A stretch of 64,000 nt of DNA from Octopus bimaculoides (Eukaryota), in the NCBI RefSeq assembly GCF_001194135.2, contig NC_068982.1, positions 157,244,114 to 157,308,113 of the forward strand, written 5' to 3'. The translations under genes were made by a program, and so were the position numbers. Shown here in pieces: positions 52,451-64,000 of this stretch. Below the pieces are notes generated by a model. It was not told the origin of the DNA and made no database searches. It saw nothing but the letters and a program-made list of their open reading frames with translations. Numbering within the stretch: the stretch's first letter is position 1; every line of letters starts with the position of its first letter.

Positions 52451-52794
52451 TCTATTGTTGCTATTGTGCTTGTTGTTGTTCATTTAATTATTGTTAATAG
52501 TCAAAATTATGATAGATCTTGTGGTGTTGCTGCTGATGCTTCTGTTTTTGATGATGATTTTGTGCGATTATCACTTAACATTCTCCCTGTAATTCCCTAT
52601 CAGTTTTCCACTCTCCTTCGTCCCTTCGTTCCTTCGTCCCTTCGTTCCTTCGTCCCTTCGTTCGTTCCTTCCATCCTTCTACTCATCCTTCTCCTCCAAG
52701 ACCATTCGCAAGCATGGAATTCTACGTCACCATAATCGTTTACATCATTTTCCACGACAATATCATTCCCCTCTCCCCTCGTCCTTCACATAAA

Positions 52795-53016
52795 TAACAA
52801 TGGTTTGAAATTTGGGCACAACGACAGCAATTTCGGAGGAGATGTGATGTCGATTACATCCACACCAGTACTCAACTGGTACTTATTTCATCGACCCCGA
52901 AATGATGAAAGGCCAAGTCGACTTTGGCGTAATTTGACCTAGGAACATAAAGACGGACGAAATGCCACAAGACATTTTACCCGGTGTTCTAACGATTCTG
53001 CCAGATCGCCGCCGCC
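52795..53016 (-). mobile_element. SINE family A
   Basis: Ends ctaacgattctgccagatcgccgccgcctt; core tcgaccccgaaatgatgaaaggccaagtcgac. Confidence 0.85.
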
Positions 53017-53025
53017 TTCTCATAA

Positions 53026-53241
53026 ATAATCCTTTCTACTGGAAGCACAATGCCCCAAATTTGGGGGAAGGTATTAAATCGATTACATCGACCCCAGTGA
53101 GTAACTGGTACTTAATTTATCGAACCCGAAAGAATGAAAAGTAAAGTCGACTCCGGTGGCATTTGAACTCAGAACATGAAGACAGACGAAACACTGCTAA
53201 GTATTTCGCCCGGCGTGCTAACGATTCTGCCAACTCACCGC
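53026..53241 (-). mobile_element. SINE family A, in tandem with the previous copy
   Basis: taatcctttctact...atcgaacccgaaagaatgaaaagtaaagtcgactccggtggcatttgaactcagaac...gtgctaacgattctgccaactcaccgc. Confidence 0.88.
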
Positions 53242-53259
53242 ATTCTTCTCGAAGTCGCG

Positions 53260-56122
53260 GAGTAGGCGAACGTACCTTCAAATTTGGGATGGAAAAGGAC
53301 ATGTGTCCTATGTCAGAAAATAAACTAATGAACCAAGTGAGTGTAATCAGGGAGAAGGGTTACTTAGCTGGAGTAGAAATATCTCGGGTTAGTGAAAGTC
53401 TAAGAGACCCTGCGGATGGGCTACAAAGGATGGTCGTAGTTGAAAACAGACAGGTAGGAGTTGAAAGCAGGGAGAATAGACAGGAAGAATAGGGGAATGG
53501 TGATGGGGCTGTTAAGGTTGAGGAACAGGAATGTGGACATGCAGAGGAAATGGACCAACTAGATAATGAATTGCTTGAAATTTAAAGATGACTCCAGAAG
53601 AAAAAATCTCCATGAATATGAAAAGGGTAGATAGGGGTATGACAAATAAAGTAACACAAGAGATAAATACAGTCATACCATACATCTAGACGGAGGACAT
53701 AACACAAACAAGGAATCTTTTCCGAGCTATTGCGCTACTTGCTGAGAAGAAATTACAGATTAAGAGAACAAAAACTGGTGGAGCAAAAGAACCATGGTGG
53801 AAACGATGCATTGACATAATACGGGCAAGACAACATCTAGGAAAAATTGAGCAATGGTTAAGAGGAAACTGGAGAAATGGGAAAAAGACTGACCGAGGAA
53901 AATTGGAGAAGGAATATAAAATACAGAAGAACGGGTTTGATGCAGTAATAGAGCAGTTAAAACAGGATCATAGCAAAAAGCCAGAAGAACAGAAGATTTG
54001 TGAACAGATATAAGCAGTTTGAGGAGAACAGATTGTTCAAAAATAGCCCGAAGCAATTCTTAGAATGTTAGAAGAAGACAATGGGGAAAATGTTGCTCTT
54101 GATGCCAATCAAGCCAACATTTTCTGGAGCGGATTATGGGGAAACAGTGTGGTGCATAAAAGGGATGCAATGTGGATAGGAACTATCAAGACAGAATTAA
54201 AAGGAGGAAAGAAACAAAGGAATATTGTCATAAGCACAGGTGATGTGAAAGAACAAGTGGGTAAAGTGCCTAACTGGAAAGCTCCTGCACCAGATAGGAT
54301 TCATGGCTTCTAGTTGAAGAGATGCTACGCGGTGCATGAAAGACTAGCAGCCCAATTGAATGAGTGTGTCCAGAAAGGTAGTTCTGACATGGATGGTGAC
54401 TGGGAGGACAACACTTGTAATGAAAAATAGAAGGAAGGTGAATGATGTGGGAAAATACCGTCCCATAGCATGCCTAAACAAAATCTGGAAGATACTCACT
54501 CGAATATGTGCGGCAAAGACATACACTTCCCTGGCACAGTAAGAAATACAACCAATGGAACAAAAAGGATGTAGGAAGAGTTCTCATGGTACCAATGATC
54601 ACCTGGTCATCGATAAAACAGTTGTGAGGCATTGTAAAAAGTATCATACAAACATGTCTATGGCATGGATTGACTTTCAGAAGGCATATGATATGATGCT
54701 TCATTCTTAGATCGCTGAATGGCTGAAGATGTTTGGTGTTGCTGACAACATCACAAATTTTCTGATGCATAGCATGAAAGAGTGGAAAACCAAATTGTAC
54801 TGAAGTAATGTATTCCTTGGAGAAGTTAATATTGAAAGCGGAATCTTCCAATGTGATTCATTTTCTCCGTTACTTTTTATAATCGCACTAATAACTATAA
54901 CATTGACACTTAGGAAAGTTAAGGCCCGCCATCGAAACATCATCTGTTTATGGTTTACCTGAAATTGTTTGGGAAATCTGAAAAAACTAATAGATTCCTT
55001 AACCAAAACAGTCCAGAAGTGTGGTAGAGACATCGGTATGAAATTTGGGATTATCAAATGCTCGGTACTAAATATGAAAAGAAGGAAGAAAGCAGGCTGC
55101 AGAAGATTGCGCTTACCATCGGGAGAGACCATGGGTGAACCCGACGGTAGTGGGTATAGATATTTATGGATTTTGGAGCCGGATGACAATTTATACAGAG
55201 AAAAGAAAGTCAAAGTCAATGCGGCGTATCAAAAAATGGTGAAGATGGTGTTGAAATCCAACCTGAATACCAAAATTTGATTACTGCAATGAATATCTGG
55301 GCAATTGCGGTGGTCAGATATATTGCATCCATACTCAAATGGACTAAGGAGGAAATATCAACATTGGATAGAAGGACGAGAAAGTTGATGACGCTGCATG
55401 GAGCACTACACGTTAAAGCAAACGTAAACAGACTGTATATGAAAAGAAAGAATGGTGGCAGAGGACTAATTAGTATAGACCATTGTATAAGGAACGAAAG
55501 TAGAACGCTTGCCGAGTATTTGGTAAATAGTGATGAAAACCTGCTGCAATATGCCGCAAAATATATGAGTGTAAATGTAGATGAAATGATGGGCAAGGAA
55601 GACATTTCGAGGGAGGGGACTAGTCGATTTCACCGACCCCAGTACTCAACTGCTACTTAATTTATGGACTCCGAAATGATGAAAGGGAAAGTCGACCTCG
55701 GTGGAAATTGAACTCAGAACTAAAAAAAGGACGAAATGCTGCAAAGCATTTTGTCCGACGTACTAACGATTCTCCCCTCTGAAAGCTTGATCATCGCTGA
55801 CCAGGATCAGGCATTAAATACCAACTCTATGAAACAGGATTTATACCAGACAAACGCAATGAACCTCTGCAGAATGTGTGGGAAGAGGGTCGAAAGCGTG
55901 ACTCACATTGTTAGTTTTTGTGAAAGTCTTGCGCAGATAGAGTACAAGCGCAGACACGACAAGGTAGACCAACACCTTCACTGGCTACTATGCCGGAAGT
56001 ATGAATACGCGGTAACGGGTGCTTGGTACCAACATACACCAGAAAAAGTAATGGACCAAAAGGAGTAAGCAAAAATTCTCTGGGACTTAAGAAAGACAAA
56101 GTGTTAGAACACACGGTCTTCG
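53260..56122 (+). pseudogene. Near-full-length decayed R4/Dong-like non-LTR retrotransposon ORF (N-terminus, RT, CCHC; RLE missing)
   Basis: In order: KEPWWKRCI, NIFWSGLW, VPNWKAPAPDRIHGF, GKYRPIACLNKIWKILT, EQKGCRK..HGTNDHLVIDK, AWIDFQKAYD, GIFQCDSFSPLLFIIAL, GMKFGIIKC, LDRRTRKLMTLHGALHVKANVNRLYMKRKNGGRGLISI, ESLIIADQDQALNT, CRMCGKRVESVTHIVSFCESLAQIEYKRRHDKV, KILWD. Confidence 0.93.
55612..55773 (-). mobile_element. SINE family A fragment nested in the LINE
   Basis: gagggggactagtcgatttcaccgaccccagtactcaactg...aaagtcgacctcggtggaaattgaactcagaac...ctaacgattct. Confidence 0.85.
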
Positions 56123-57139
56123 TTATCGATTCCGTTATTATATTGGCAATTGTGTCTAAAACAATGCTATTGAATTTGTTCCTTCGTAATTTAAGACGTT
56201 GGAGTATACCTTGGAAAAGATCTATACATTGTTTCTAGTAGACCGAGCATTCACATAGCGAATCCTTTGTTGATTGGTTGGTTGGCTGGTTGGTTGGTTG
56301 TTTCGTAAATGAAAGTGAGTGGTACGTAATGTGTAACATTCTTCAACCAATCATTATCTCTAATTGAATCCACTTCACTGTAAACATACCAGCCCTGTTT
56401 CTCTAATTAGAATAAGATCTTCCCTTTCTGTCACTGGTTTTGATCCCTAAAAAAAGTTGTAGGATCCTGAACATGAACTATAGCCCTGCAAAAAGTTCAT
56501 TATGCCTGTATGTATCTTAATTTTCGTTCTAAACTCCTAGAATTGCTCTTCAAAAAGCTCGAGAATTATGTCATTCATTCTAACGAGAGTGAACGACATA
56601 ATTTAGAATTATTACCAATATATTAAGAATTAACAGAAATTCATAATATATTTACAATATATTAAGAAATGCTGTTGCTGTTGTCATTTAGATTCAGCGT
56701 AGCACTTACCAAGCCAAACTGTATTCAAAATACTACTTGGCCAGCCTATTATGTTATATAATGTTTCGTTACAGTACATTCTACTACACTGTACAATAGA
56801 CTCTTCCTTTCATCAATAACTAGGGTGTGTTTTGATGCGTGTTTGGTTGTCATTTCCAGTAACGATAAAGATGCTTCTTCGTTAGGTTCATCGTTTCTTA
56901 AAGGAGATGATTATAATGATAGTGATGTTGATGATGCTGATGATGTTGATGATGCTGATTCTAGTGGAATGTTTTGTTGATGTTGCTATGATTACTGCAG
57001 TTATCCCCAAGCAATTTCATTCCCATCTCAAGAGAGGGATGTGATTAAGATTATAATTACAATTATTACTAAAATTAACTTTAACATATTCCTCAATATC
57101 ATGTTTCTTCACCGCTTCTTCCAACTCTGCCGCCTCTTC

Positions 57140-58290
57140 AATATTACCATCATCATCATCATCATCATCATCCTCATCATCATCATCACCACCATCATCA
57201 TCATCATCATCATCGTCATCATCGTCATCATCGTCATCGTCATCATCATCACCCCCATCATCATCATCATCATCATCATCAGCATCATCGCCGCGACGAC
57301 GACGACCACCACCACCAACACCACCACCATCATCATCATTAACATATTCAACCACTTACGCCTCTCATTATTACAACCAACATATTCAGCTGCTCAGTTA
57401 TCATCACCTTCATCCTCNNNNNNNNNNNNNNNNNNNNNNNNNNNNNNNNNNNNNNNNNNNNNNNNNNNNNNNNNNNNNNNNNNNNNNNNNNNNNNNNNNN
57501 NNNNNNNNNNNNNNNNNNNNNNNNNNNNNNNNNNNNNNNNNNNNNNNNNNNNNNNNNNNNNNNNNNNNNNNNNNNNNNNNNNNNNNNNNNNNNNNNNNNN
57601 NNNNNNNNNNNNNNNNNNNNNNNNNNNNNNNNNNNNNNNNNNNNNNNNNNNNNNNNNNNNNNNNNNNNNNNNNNNNNNNNNNNNNNNNNNNNNNNNNNNN
57701 NNNNNNNNNNNNNNNNNNNNNNNNNNNNNNNNNNNNNNNNNNNNNNNNNNNNNNNNNNNNNNNNNNNNNNNNNNNNNNNNNNNNNNNNNNNNNNNNNNNN
57801 NNNNNNNNNNNNNNNNNNNNNNNNNNNNNNNNNNNNNNNNNNNNNNNNNNNNNNNNNNNNNNNNNNNNNNNNNNNNNNNNNNNNNNNNNNNNNNNNNNNN
57901 NNNNNNNNNNNNNNNNNNNNNNNNNNNNNNNNNNNNNNNNNNNNNNNNNNNNNNNNNNNNNNNNNNNNNNNNNNNNNNNNNNNNNNNNNNNNNNNNNNNN
58001 NNNNNNNNNNNNNNNNNNNNNNNNNNNNNNNNNNNNNNNNNNNNNNNNNNNNNNNNNNNNNNNNNNNNNNNNNNNNNNNNNNNNNNNNNNNNNNNNNNNN
58101 NNNNNNNNNNNNNNNNNNNNNNNNNNNNNNNNNNNNNNNNNNNNNNNNNNNNNNNNNNNNNNNNNNNNNNNNNNNNNNNNNNNNNNNNNNNNNNNNNNNN
58201 NNNNNNNNNNNNNNNNNNNNNNNNNNNNNNNNNNNNNNNNNNNNNNNNNNNNNNNNNNNNNNNNNNNNNNNNNNNNNNNNNNNNNACCAC

Positions 58291-58366
<76 letters not shown>

Positions 58367-58400
58367 TTCATCATCATCGTCACCATCATCATCAACACTA
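57140..58400. repeat. (CAT)n-type tract spanning an assembly gap
   Basis: Visible on both sides of the gap at 57418-58285. Confidence 0.85.
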
Positions 58401-58882
58401 ACAATACGTAAATTAACCACCTTCAACGTTACAATCAGCATTATGATCATAATTAAATATTTTAACAAAGACAACGAAAAAAATATATTTAAATCAAAAA
58501 TGAAAAATAAATTTCAGCAGCAACGACAACATCAAACAATCTAACAATCAACCAAACAAACGGACAAACATACAAGCAAGCAAGCAGGCTAATTTCAGCT
58601 AAGAAAATTACGCTATGCCTATTAAAAATGTCCATTTTATTCAACGCTGATACACAATTTCCGCCATCATATTTATACGTGTCTTGAAAATCACTATTTT
58701 AACGGCTCATTTGATTCTATTCACTTGGGTATTAGTTACTGAGAAATCCGATGTTTTTAAAGACAGTTTAATGTGTCTATTGAAGGGAAATAGAATATAT
58801 AATCTTATCATAGGTGTTTATATGTTCTTTTGCTGGATTCCTTTGAATGTATTATTGTGACATTGTTCATGCGTGCTTGTAT

Positions 58883-58924
<42 letters not shown>

Positions 58925-59244
58925 NNNNNNNNNNNNNNNNNNNNNNNNNNNNNNNNNNNNNNNNNNNNNNNNNNNNNNNNNNNNNNNNNNNNNNNNNNNN
59001 NNNNNNNNNNNNNNNNNNNNNNNNNNNNNNNNNNNNNNNNNNNNNNNNNNNNNNNNNNNNNNNNNNNNNNNNNNNNNNNNNNNNNNNNNNNNNNNNNNNN
59101 NNNNNNNNNNNNNNNNNNNNNNNNNNNNNNNNNNNNNNNNNNNNNNNNNNNNNNNNNNNNNNNNNNNNNNNNNNNNNNNNNNNNNNNNNNNNNNNNNNNN
59201 NNNNNNNNNNNNNNNNNNNNNNNNNNNNNNNNNNNNNNNNNNNN

Positions 59245-59290
<46 letters not shown>

Positions 59291-60171
59291 ATATATGTTT
59301 ATGTGTGTGTGTGTGTACAGATGTACTATATCTCATAACATACCCCCATACTATTACGCACAAATGCGAATTCACACGCATATACATATAGATGTATACA
59401 GGAATAGTTACATTTATGTTGCTTCGCGTGCGCGACGCGCGCGCGTGAGTGCATGCTAAGTACAACTACAGATATAAATACGCATAAATCTATATTCATA
59501 AATATAGGTGGATGTGTAGGGGGTGCATATGTGCGTGTGTGTTTCCGAGTGAGAATATGAAAAGTGAATAACACAAACGCATTTCCGTATGTAATCATTT
59601 TAATGTTGTTCAATGGTAATGATTTCCTGTTTGTTTTATTTACTAATTTCTTGAAGTTACACACAAATACCCCCATGCACATTTGTCTACATATTTATAA
59701 ATGTATGTATACCTGCACAGACATTCACACATACACACACTTACACATAGGTAAACACAGTCACACACTAATGCACACACACACACACGAACACGTATTT
59801 TGTATATATATTCCAAAAGTTTACAGAAATTGCAACACAGAAATAGCGATGAGGAAAGTGTTATTGTGGCGCTCAATGCAGAATTAGGAAAATGGAAGTG
59901 TTCTTGATGTTTTGGGTTTCAGCCCTTCATTATAAATTTAGAGATTTAGAAACGTGAAAGGATGTCTTTATATTTATCCTTTATCTGTTACTTGTTTCAG
60001 CTATTAGACCACATCCATGTTGTGGCACTGCCTTGAAAAATTTTTAGTCGAATATTGAAAGTAAAAGTAAGGTTTGATGGAGAGTAAAGTAAAAGTAAAG
60101 TTTGATGATATTGAAAGTAAAAGTAAAGTTTGGCGGAGAAATATGTTCTTTTCTGATAGGTAATGCTAAAT

Positions 60172-60245
60172 ATAGGTGCAGGCGTGGCTGTCTGGTAAGA
60201 AAGTCGCTTCCCAACTAAATGGTTCTTGGTTCAATGCCACTGACA
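60172..60245 (+). mobile_element. SINE family B head fragment
   Basis: taggtgcaggcgtggctgtctggtaagaaagtcgcttcccaactaaatggttcttggttcaatgccactg. Confidence 0.75.
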
Positions 60246-61229
60246 GCCCACTCTCGTTTCAGCCCACCCACTCTTCAAGGGTTGTGAAGAACATTGTTAC
60301 CAAACTCATAGGAAAGTGCAGATTCTTTCCAAGTATAGGAGAACTTGACACAGCTCGTGTGGACATATAGAGAATGAAAAAGAAAGACGATAACAATAGA
60401 AGATACAGGAATATAAGATAACTTAATTTAACTTTGTGTATAAATGAAATTACAACAGTGTATAAAATCTACGATAAAGACAATACAATATAATGAAGAA
60501 AGATATACCATTATGTGGATATAAAATCTCGGGGGATTTAAAAGTAGATAAACTTTACAAAATACAAAATGAAAAAAAAAATTCAAATATACATAGGAAG
60601 ATGCATATGAAAGCATAAATATCTCAATTCTAGCTATAATGTATACAAACGAATCTCAAAATATAGAGCAATATTACGATATAGAAATGTAATAGAGTAA
60701 CAGTAAATACATGAAATACAATACAATATTCAGCAAAATCGTGGTTTACTTCCTCGCATTTCATTTATGACATGGTTGTAGAGAGGTTATAAACTCCGCA
60801 AAAGATAGAGAGATTGTGTAGGTTCATGCCTATGAAAGAGGTACAAAAAATGTATGTCGAAGCAATAGCAATTTATCATTGCGAACAGATACATTTAGTC
60901 AAGACTAACACTTTGTTAACAAGTTGATTAGAAACTGGCGTCAGACTCTAGAGAGAATTGAAAAAACGATCGGTGCAGCATATTCATAAAGTATTTAGTT
61001 CAAAATCCAATTCAAAACTGTAGCATAGAGGTCTTCGTTGAATCTGGTAAAAGCGCAGGTTTCATGGATGAGCACATGGGAGGCCATTGTGGAAACTAAG
61101 CGAGAAATACTGACCTATATATGCAACCACTGATTTCAACTTGGAAAGTTCCGTTCTATATTTAAGAGATGAGGAATTAGGTACATTATTTACATTTGAC
61201 GGATATTTGTCCTCATCTTGTTTATTGTT

Positions 61230-61275
61230 AACACAACGTTTCGGCTGATATACCCTCCAGCCTTCAACAGGTGTC
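61230..61275 (-). ncRNA. Minimal hammerhead ribozyme copy (CUGUUGA core mutation)
   Basis: Reverse complement gacac-CTGTTGA-a-GGCTG(gagggtatat)CAGCC-GAA-ACGT-t-GTGTT; all stems are intact and A6 is changed to U. Confidence 0.75.
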
Positions 61276-61317
61276 TTGGGGAAATTTTGAAATTGGGGGT
61301 ATTTTTCGATATTATTA

Positions 61318-61355
<38 letters not shown>

Positions 61356-61360
61356 ATCAA

Positions 61361-61427
61361 TGCCTGGAATCGAAATCGGAATCTTAGGGTTAGTAGTCTG
61401 CGCTCTTAACCACTACGCCATATGCCC
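61361..61427 (-). promoter_or_regulatory. tRNA-derived Pol III internal promoter module in the PLE terminal repeat (inverted copy)
   Basis: Reverse complement gggcataTGGCGTAGTGGttaagagcgcagactactaaccctaagattccgaTTTCGATTCCaggca; the A box matches TRGCNNARYGG and the B box has one mismatch. Confidence 0.7.
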
Positions 61428-61966
61428 GTGGGCAATTATGAGGTGAATTTTAGCGCCTATAGATCTAATATTTTCTTATCCTTCCTTAATACTGGTTCCC
61501 ATATGCTACTCATATCTGCACTCGGTCTGCTTAGGAGTAATACAACACTTCGCAAATATCTCCTTCGAGTAAAACCACCAATAGAAGATAATATGACCAA
61601 AGACAGCGTCTACTCCAACCCATGCAGCTGTGGTAGGTTATACAAAGGTGAAACATGCCACCCCCTCAAAACAAGGGTAGTGAAATATCGCAAAGTTGTA
61701 ACACGGGGAGATATTGATAAATCGGGTATAGCTGATCATGTATGGAAACATGGAGACCACCTCCCTCTGTGGGATGATGTTAAAATAATAGACAGAGAAC
61801 ATCACTGGAAAATACGGAAATTAAAATAAGCAGCACATATGCTATGACACAATAACCTCCTAAGCAGACCGAGTGCAGATATGAACAGCATATGGGAATC
61901 GGTATTAAGGAAGGATAGGAGAATATTGGATTTATAAGCCCTAAAATTCACTCCATGATTGCCCAC

Positions 61967-62028
61967 GGGCATATAGCGCAGTGGTTAAGATCGTGAGCTA
62001 CTAAACCTTCCGAGTTCGATTCCAGACA
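61967..62028 (+). promoter_or_regulatory. tRNA-derived Pol III internal promoter module in the PLE terminal repeat
   Basis: gggcataTAGCGCAGTGGttaag...ctactaa...gaGTTCGATTCCaga; both boxes match the consensus. Confidence 0.72.
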
Positions 62029-62102
62029 GTGACTTGAATAATAACAATAATAACTTCGAAAAATACTTTAGGAATGAGAACCCAGGCTCGAAATTTCCTC
62101 AA

Positions 62103-62148
62103 GACACCTGATGAAAACTGGAGGGTATATCAACCGAAAACTTGAGTT
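62103..62148 (+). ncRNA. Degenerate hammerhead ribozyme copy
   Basis: gacac-CTGATGA-aaactg..caacc-GAAA-acttgagtt; stems II and III are mutated. Confidence 0.6.
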
Positions 62149-63349
62149 AACAACAAACAAGATGAGGTCAAATATTCGTCAAATGTAAATAGTGTTGGAA
62201 AATTCCGTCTAATTTTTTCAAAATAAAAGCGTCAAACGCTCCTTGTAAAATTTAGATCGAGGTTAAGATTGCTTGAATTTTTCGACGTAATTTTTGGAAA
62301 GTATTCTATCTCTTTTAAGTATTCATTTTTGTTGCTCTTCTTCAATAACTTTCTTTAACAAAAGCGAGACATGTAATCACCACTGACTGACTCTCCGACG
62401 ATTTCGACATTATTTACCCGAAATTTTATTCTAAAATCGTTCAAACCAACCACCGATTGCATTAAATGTATTTTCAATGCTGATTTGGTTACTTCTGTTT
62501 TACGCATTTATAAATATATTCACGTTCTTTTCGTTTGAAACGTAGGTCTGGAAAGTGGGATACATCTTAATCCATACGACAAGTTGCCCTTACATATTTA
62601 TCATGGCAATTTTTCTTTCTCTTTTAGTTGGTTGTAAAACAAAATTGGCAGTGTTTGCAGTATATTGTCTTTCAACTGCGTGTTTTCTTTCGTACAGTCG
62701 ATTTACCCGCATCATATTCTGTTAATCTGCAAGTAACTATCGTTACATGTGTAGTGCTATATTATACAATTTATGTTTTAAAGAATTTGCATGTACTCTC
62801 CTTTTTGTGATAGAAGCATTTGCTGGGCAGTTAATTTTCTGTTTTCTATATTTAATAAGAGCAGTTTATACAAAACAACAATACGGTTTGCTATTGGAAA
62901 ATCCTAAATAACAGTAACAAGTTTTCGTTTGATGACAACTAAAGGAAAATAATTGACAGGTAATTGAATCGCATGAGGCGAACAGCTATTAATTTTCACA
63001 AAGAAAAAATATATTTAAAAAATGTACAATATCGTATATAGTCTGATTCAAATTGAAAAATGGTATCAGTTTCTAATTTGTATTAAATTTATTTCGTATT
63101 GTTTGACTTCATTGTAACCTATTGTCTGCATGTTTTAGTGTGTTTGTATGCGCGCTCTCAATATAGGTCGCTACGTCCTATTAGTCAAATGTTTAACAAT
63201 TTAATACTCGTTTTCATTTAGGTGTAAATAATTTCGTATATGATGTAACATATGTAAAATGCAAAGAGCTTTTATACAGCTACGAATCAGAAAACATACT
63301 TTACTTTGGTAATATTCAAATTGCGTATAACTATACTACAAACATTACT

Positions 63350-63376
63350 CATCTCTTTCTTTCTTTCTTTCGTTCT

Positions 63377-63418
<42 letters not shown>

Positions 63419-63495
63419 GTCTCTCTCTTTATATCTCTCTCTCTTTATATATCACTCTATTTATATCTCTTTCTCTTTATATATCTCTCTCTGTC

Positions 63496-63579
<84 letters not shown>

Positions 63580-63600
63580 ACTCTTTCACGTTCTGTCTTA
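63350..63600. repeat. (TC)n/(TGTC)n compound microsatellite
   Basis: Directly visible. Confidence 0.9.
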
Positions 63601-63904
63601 TTTCTCTTCACCTATCTCTATTGCTACGTCTATCTATTACAAATCCTTCTAATATTTTCCTTTCACAATGTGAGGTAAATAACTTTCAGAAGACGTTGTA
63701 CTTACATTTCTGTGATCTATATTTATAAACACTTACCAATCATGATTTAATACGCACACGCACACGCACACACAAACACACACAAACACACACACACACA
63801 TATTTATAAAGGCATTAATACAAGATTGTGGGTGGGTGTAGAGTAGTTACGTGCGTAACTATTCTTTTGCGTATAAATGTAAGCTACAATGGTTGCACGT
63901 GTTT

Positions 63905-64000
<96 letters not shown>
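63905..64000. repeat. (CA)n(TA)n microsatellite
   Basis: Directly visible. Confidence 0.95.

Larger units (their letters stand above)
61155..62194 (+). mobile_element. 5'-truncated Penelope-like element with an inverted copy of its terminal repeat (pLTR) and a 14-bp TSD
   Basis: 61155-61537 is the reverse complement of about 61857-62194 plus extra tail. Core 61538-61830 encodes GIY-YIG (VYSNPCSCGRLYKGETCHPLKTRVVKYRK...SGIADHVWKHGDHLPLWDDVKIIDREHHWKIRKLK*). Flanks: ttggaaagttccgt (61141-61154) and ttggaaaattccgt (62195-62208). Confidence 0.92.

Noticed and set aside
60050-60135. About 30-bp unit repeated three times (gaaagtaaaagtaaagtttg); also a tatagtcttac triplet at 20190-20225
   Set aside because: Ordinary short tandem duplications; no spacers, so not CRISPR-like.
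60860-61060. Possible mariner HTH remnant (FVNKLIRNWRQTLERIEKTIG)
   Set aside because: Similarity is too weak to support without a profile search.

Overview
AT-rich, gap-ridden eukaryotic (metazoan) draft-assembly DNA. The repeat repertoire and microsatellite density suggest an octopus or other coleoid cephalopod; this is inferred from recalled repeat families, not from a search. I can support no host protein-coding gene, rRNA, functional tRNA or CRISPR array. Nearly all long ORFs in the track are translations of microsatellites or run through N-gaps (13 gaps). The window is a transposon graveyard: (1) four decayed RLE-type non-LTR retrotransposon segments (R4/Dong-like) at 3.6-5.4, 44.2-45.3, 46.6-46.9 and 53.3-56.1 kb; (2) three copies of one Penelope-like element (PLE) family at 14.9-16.0, 22.9-23.1 and 61.2-62.2 kb; (3) a full-length dead mariner with TIRs and TA TSDs; (4) a 5' fragment of a maT/Tc1-like element; (5) an RTE fragment; (6) a Gypsy-type LTR with a tRNA-Ser(GCT) primer-binding site; (7) at least three tRNA-derived SINE families in more than 20 copies; (8) abundant di-, tri- and tetranucleotide microsatellites. 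Most interesting: the PLE terminal repeat combines a tRNA-derived Pol III promoter (A and B boxes) with a minimal type-I hammerhead ribozyme; a roughly 680-bp near-perfect foldback palindrome sits in (TA)n; and RLE-LINE 3' ends sit inside (TAA)n tracts.
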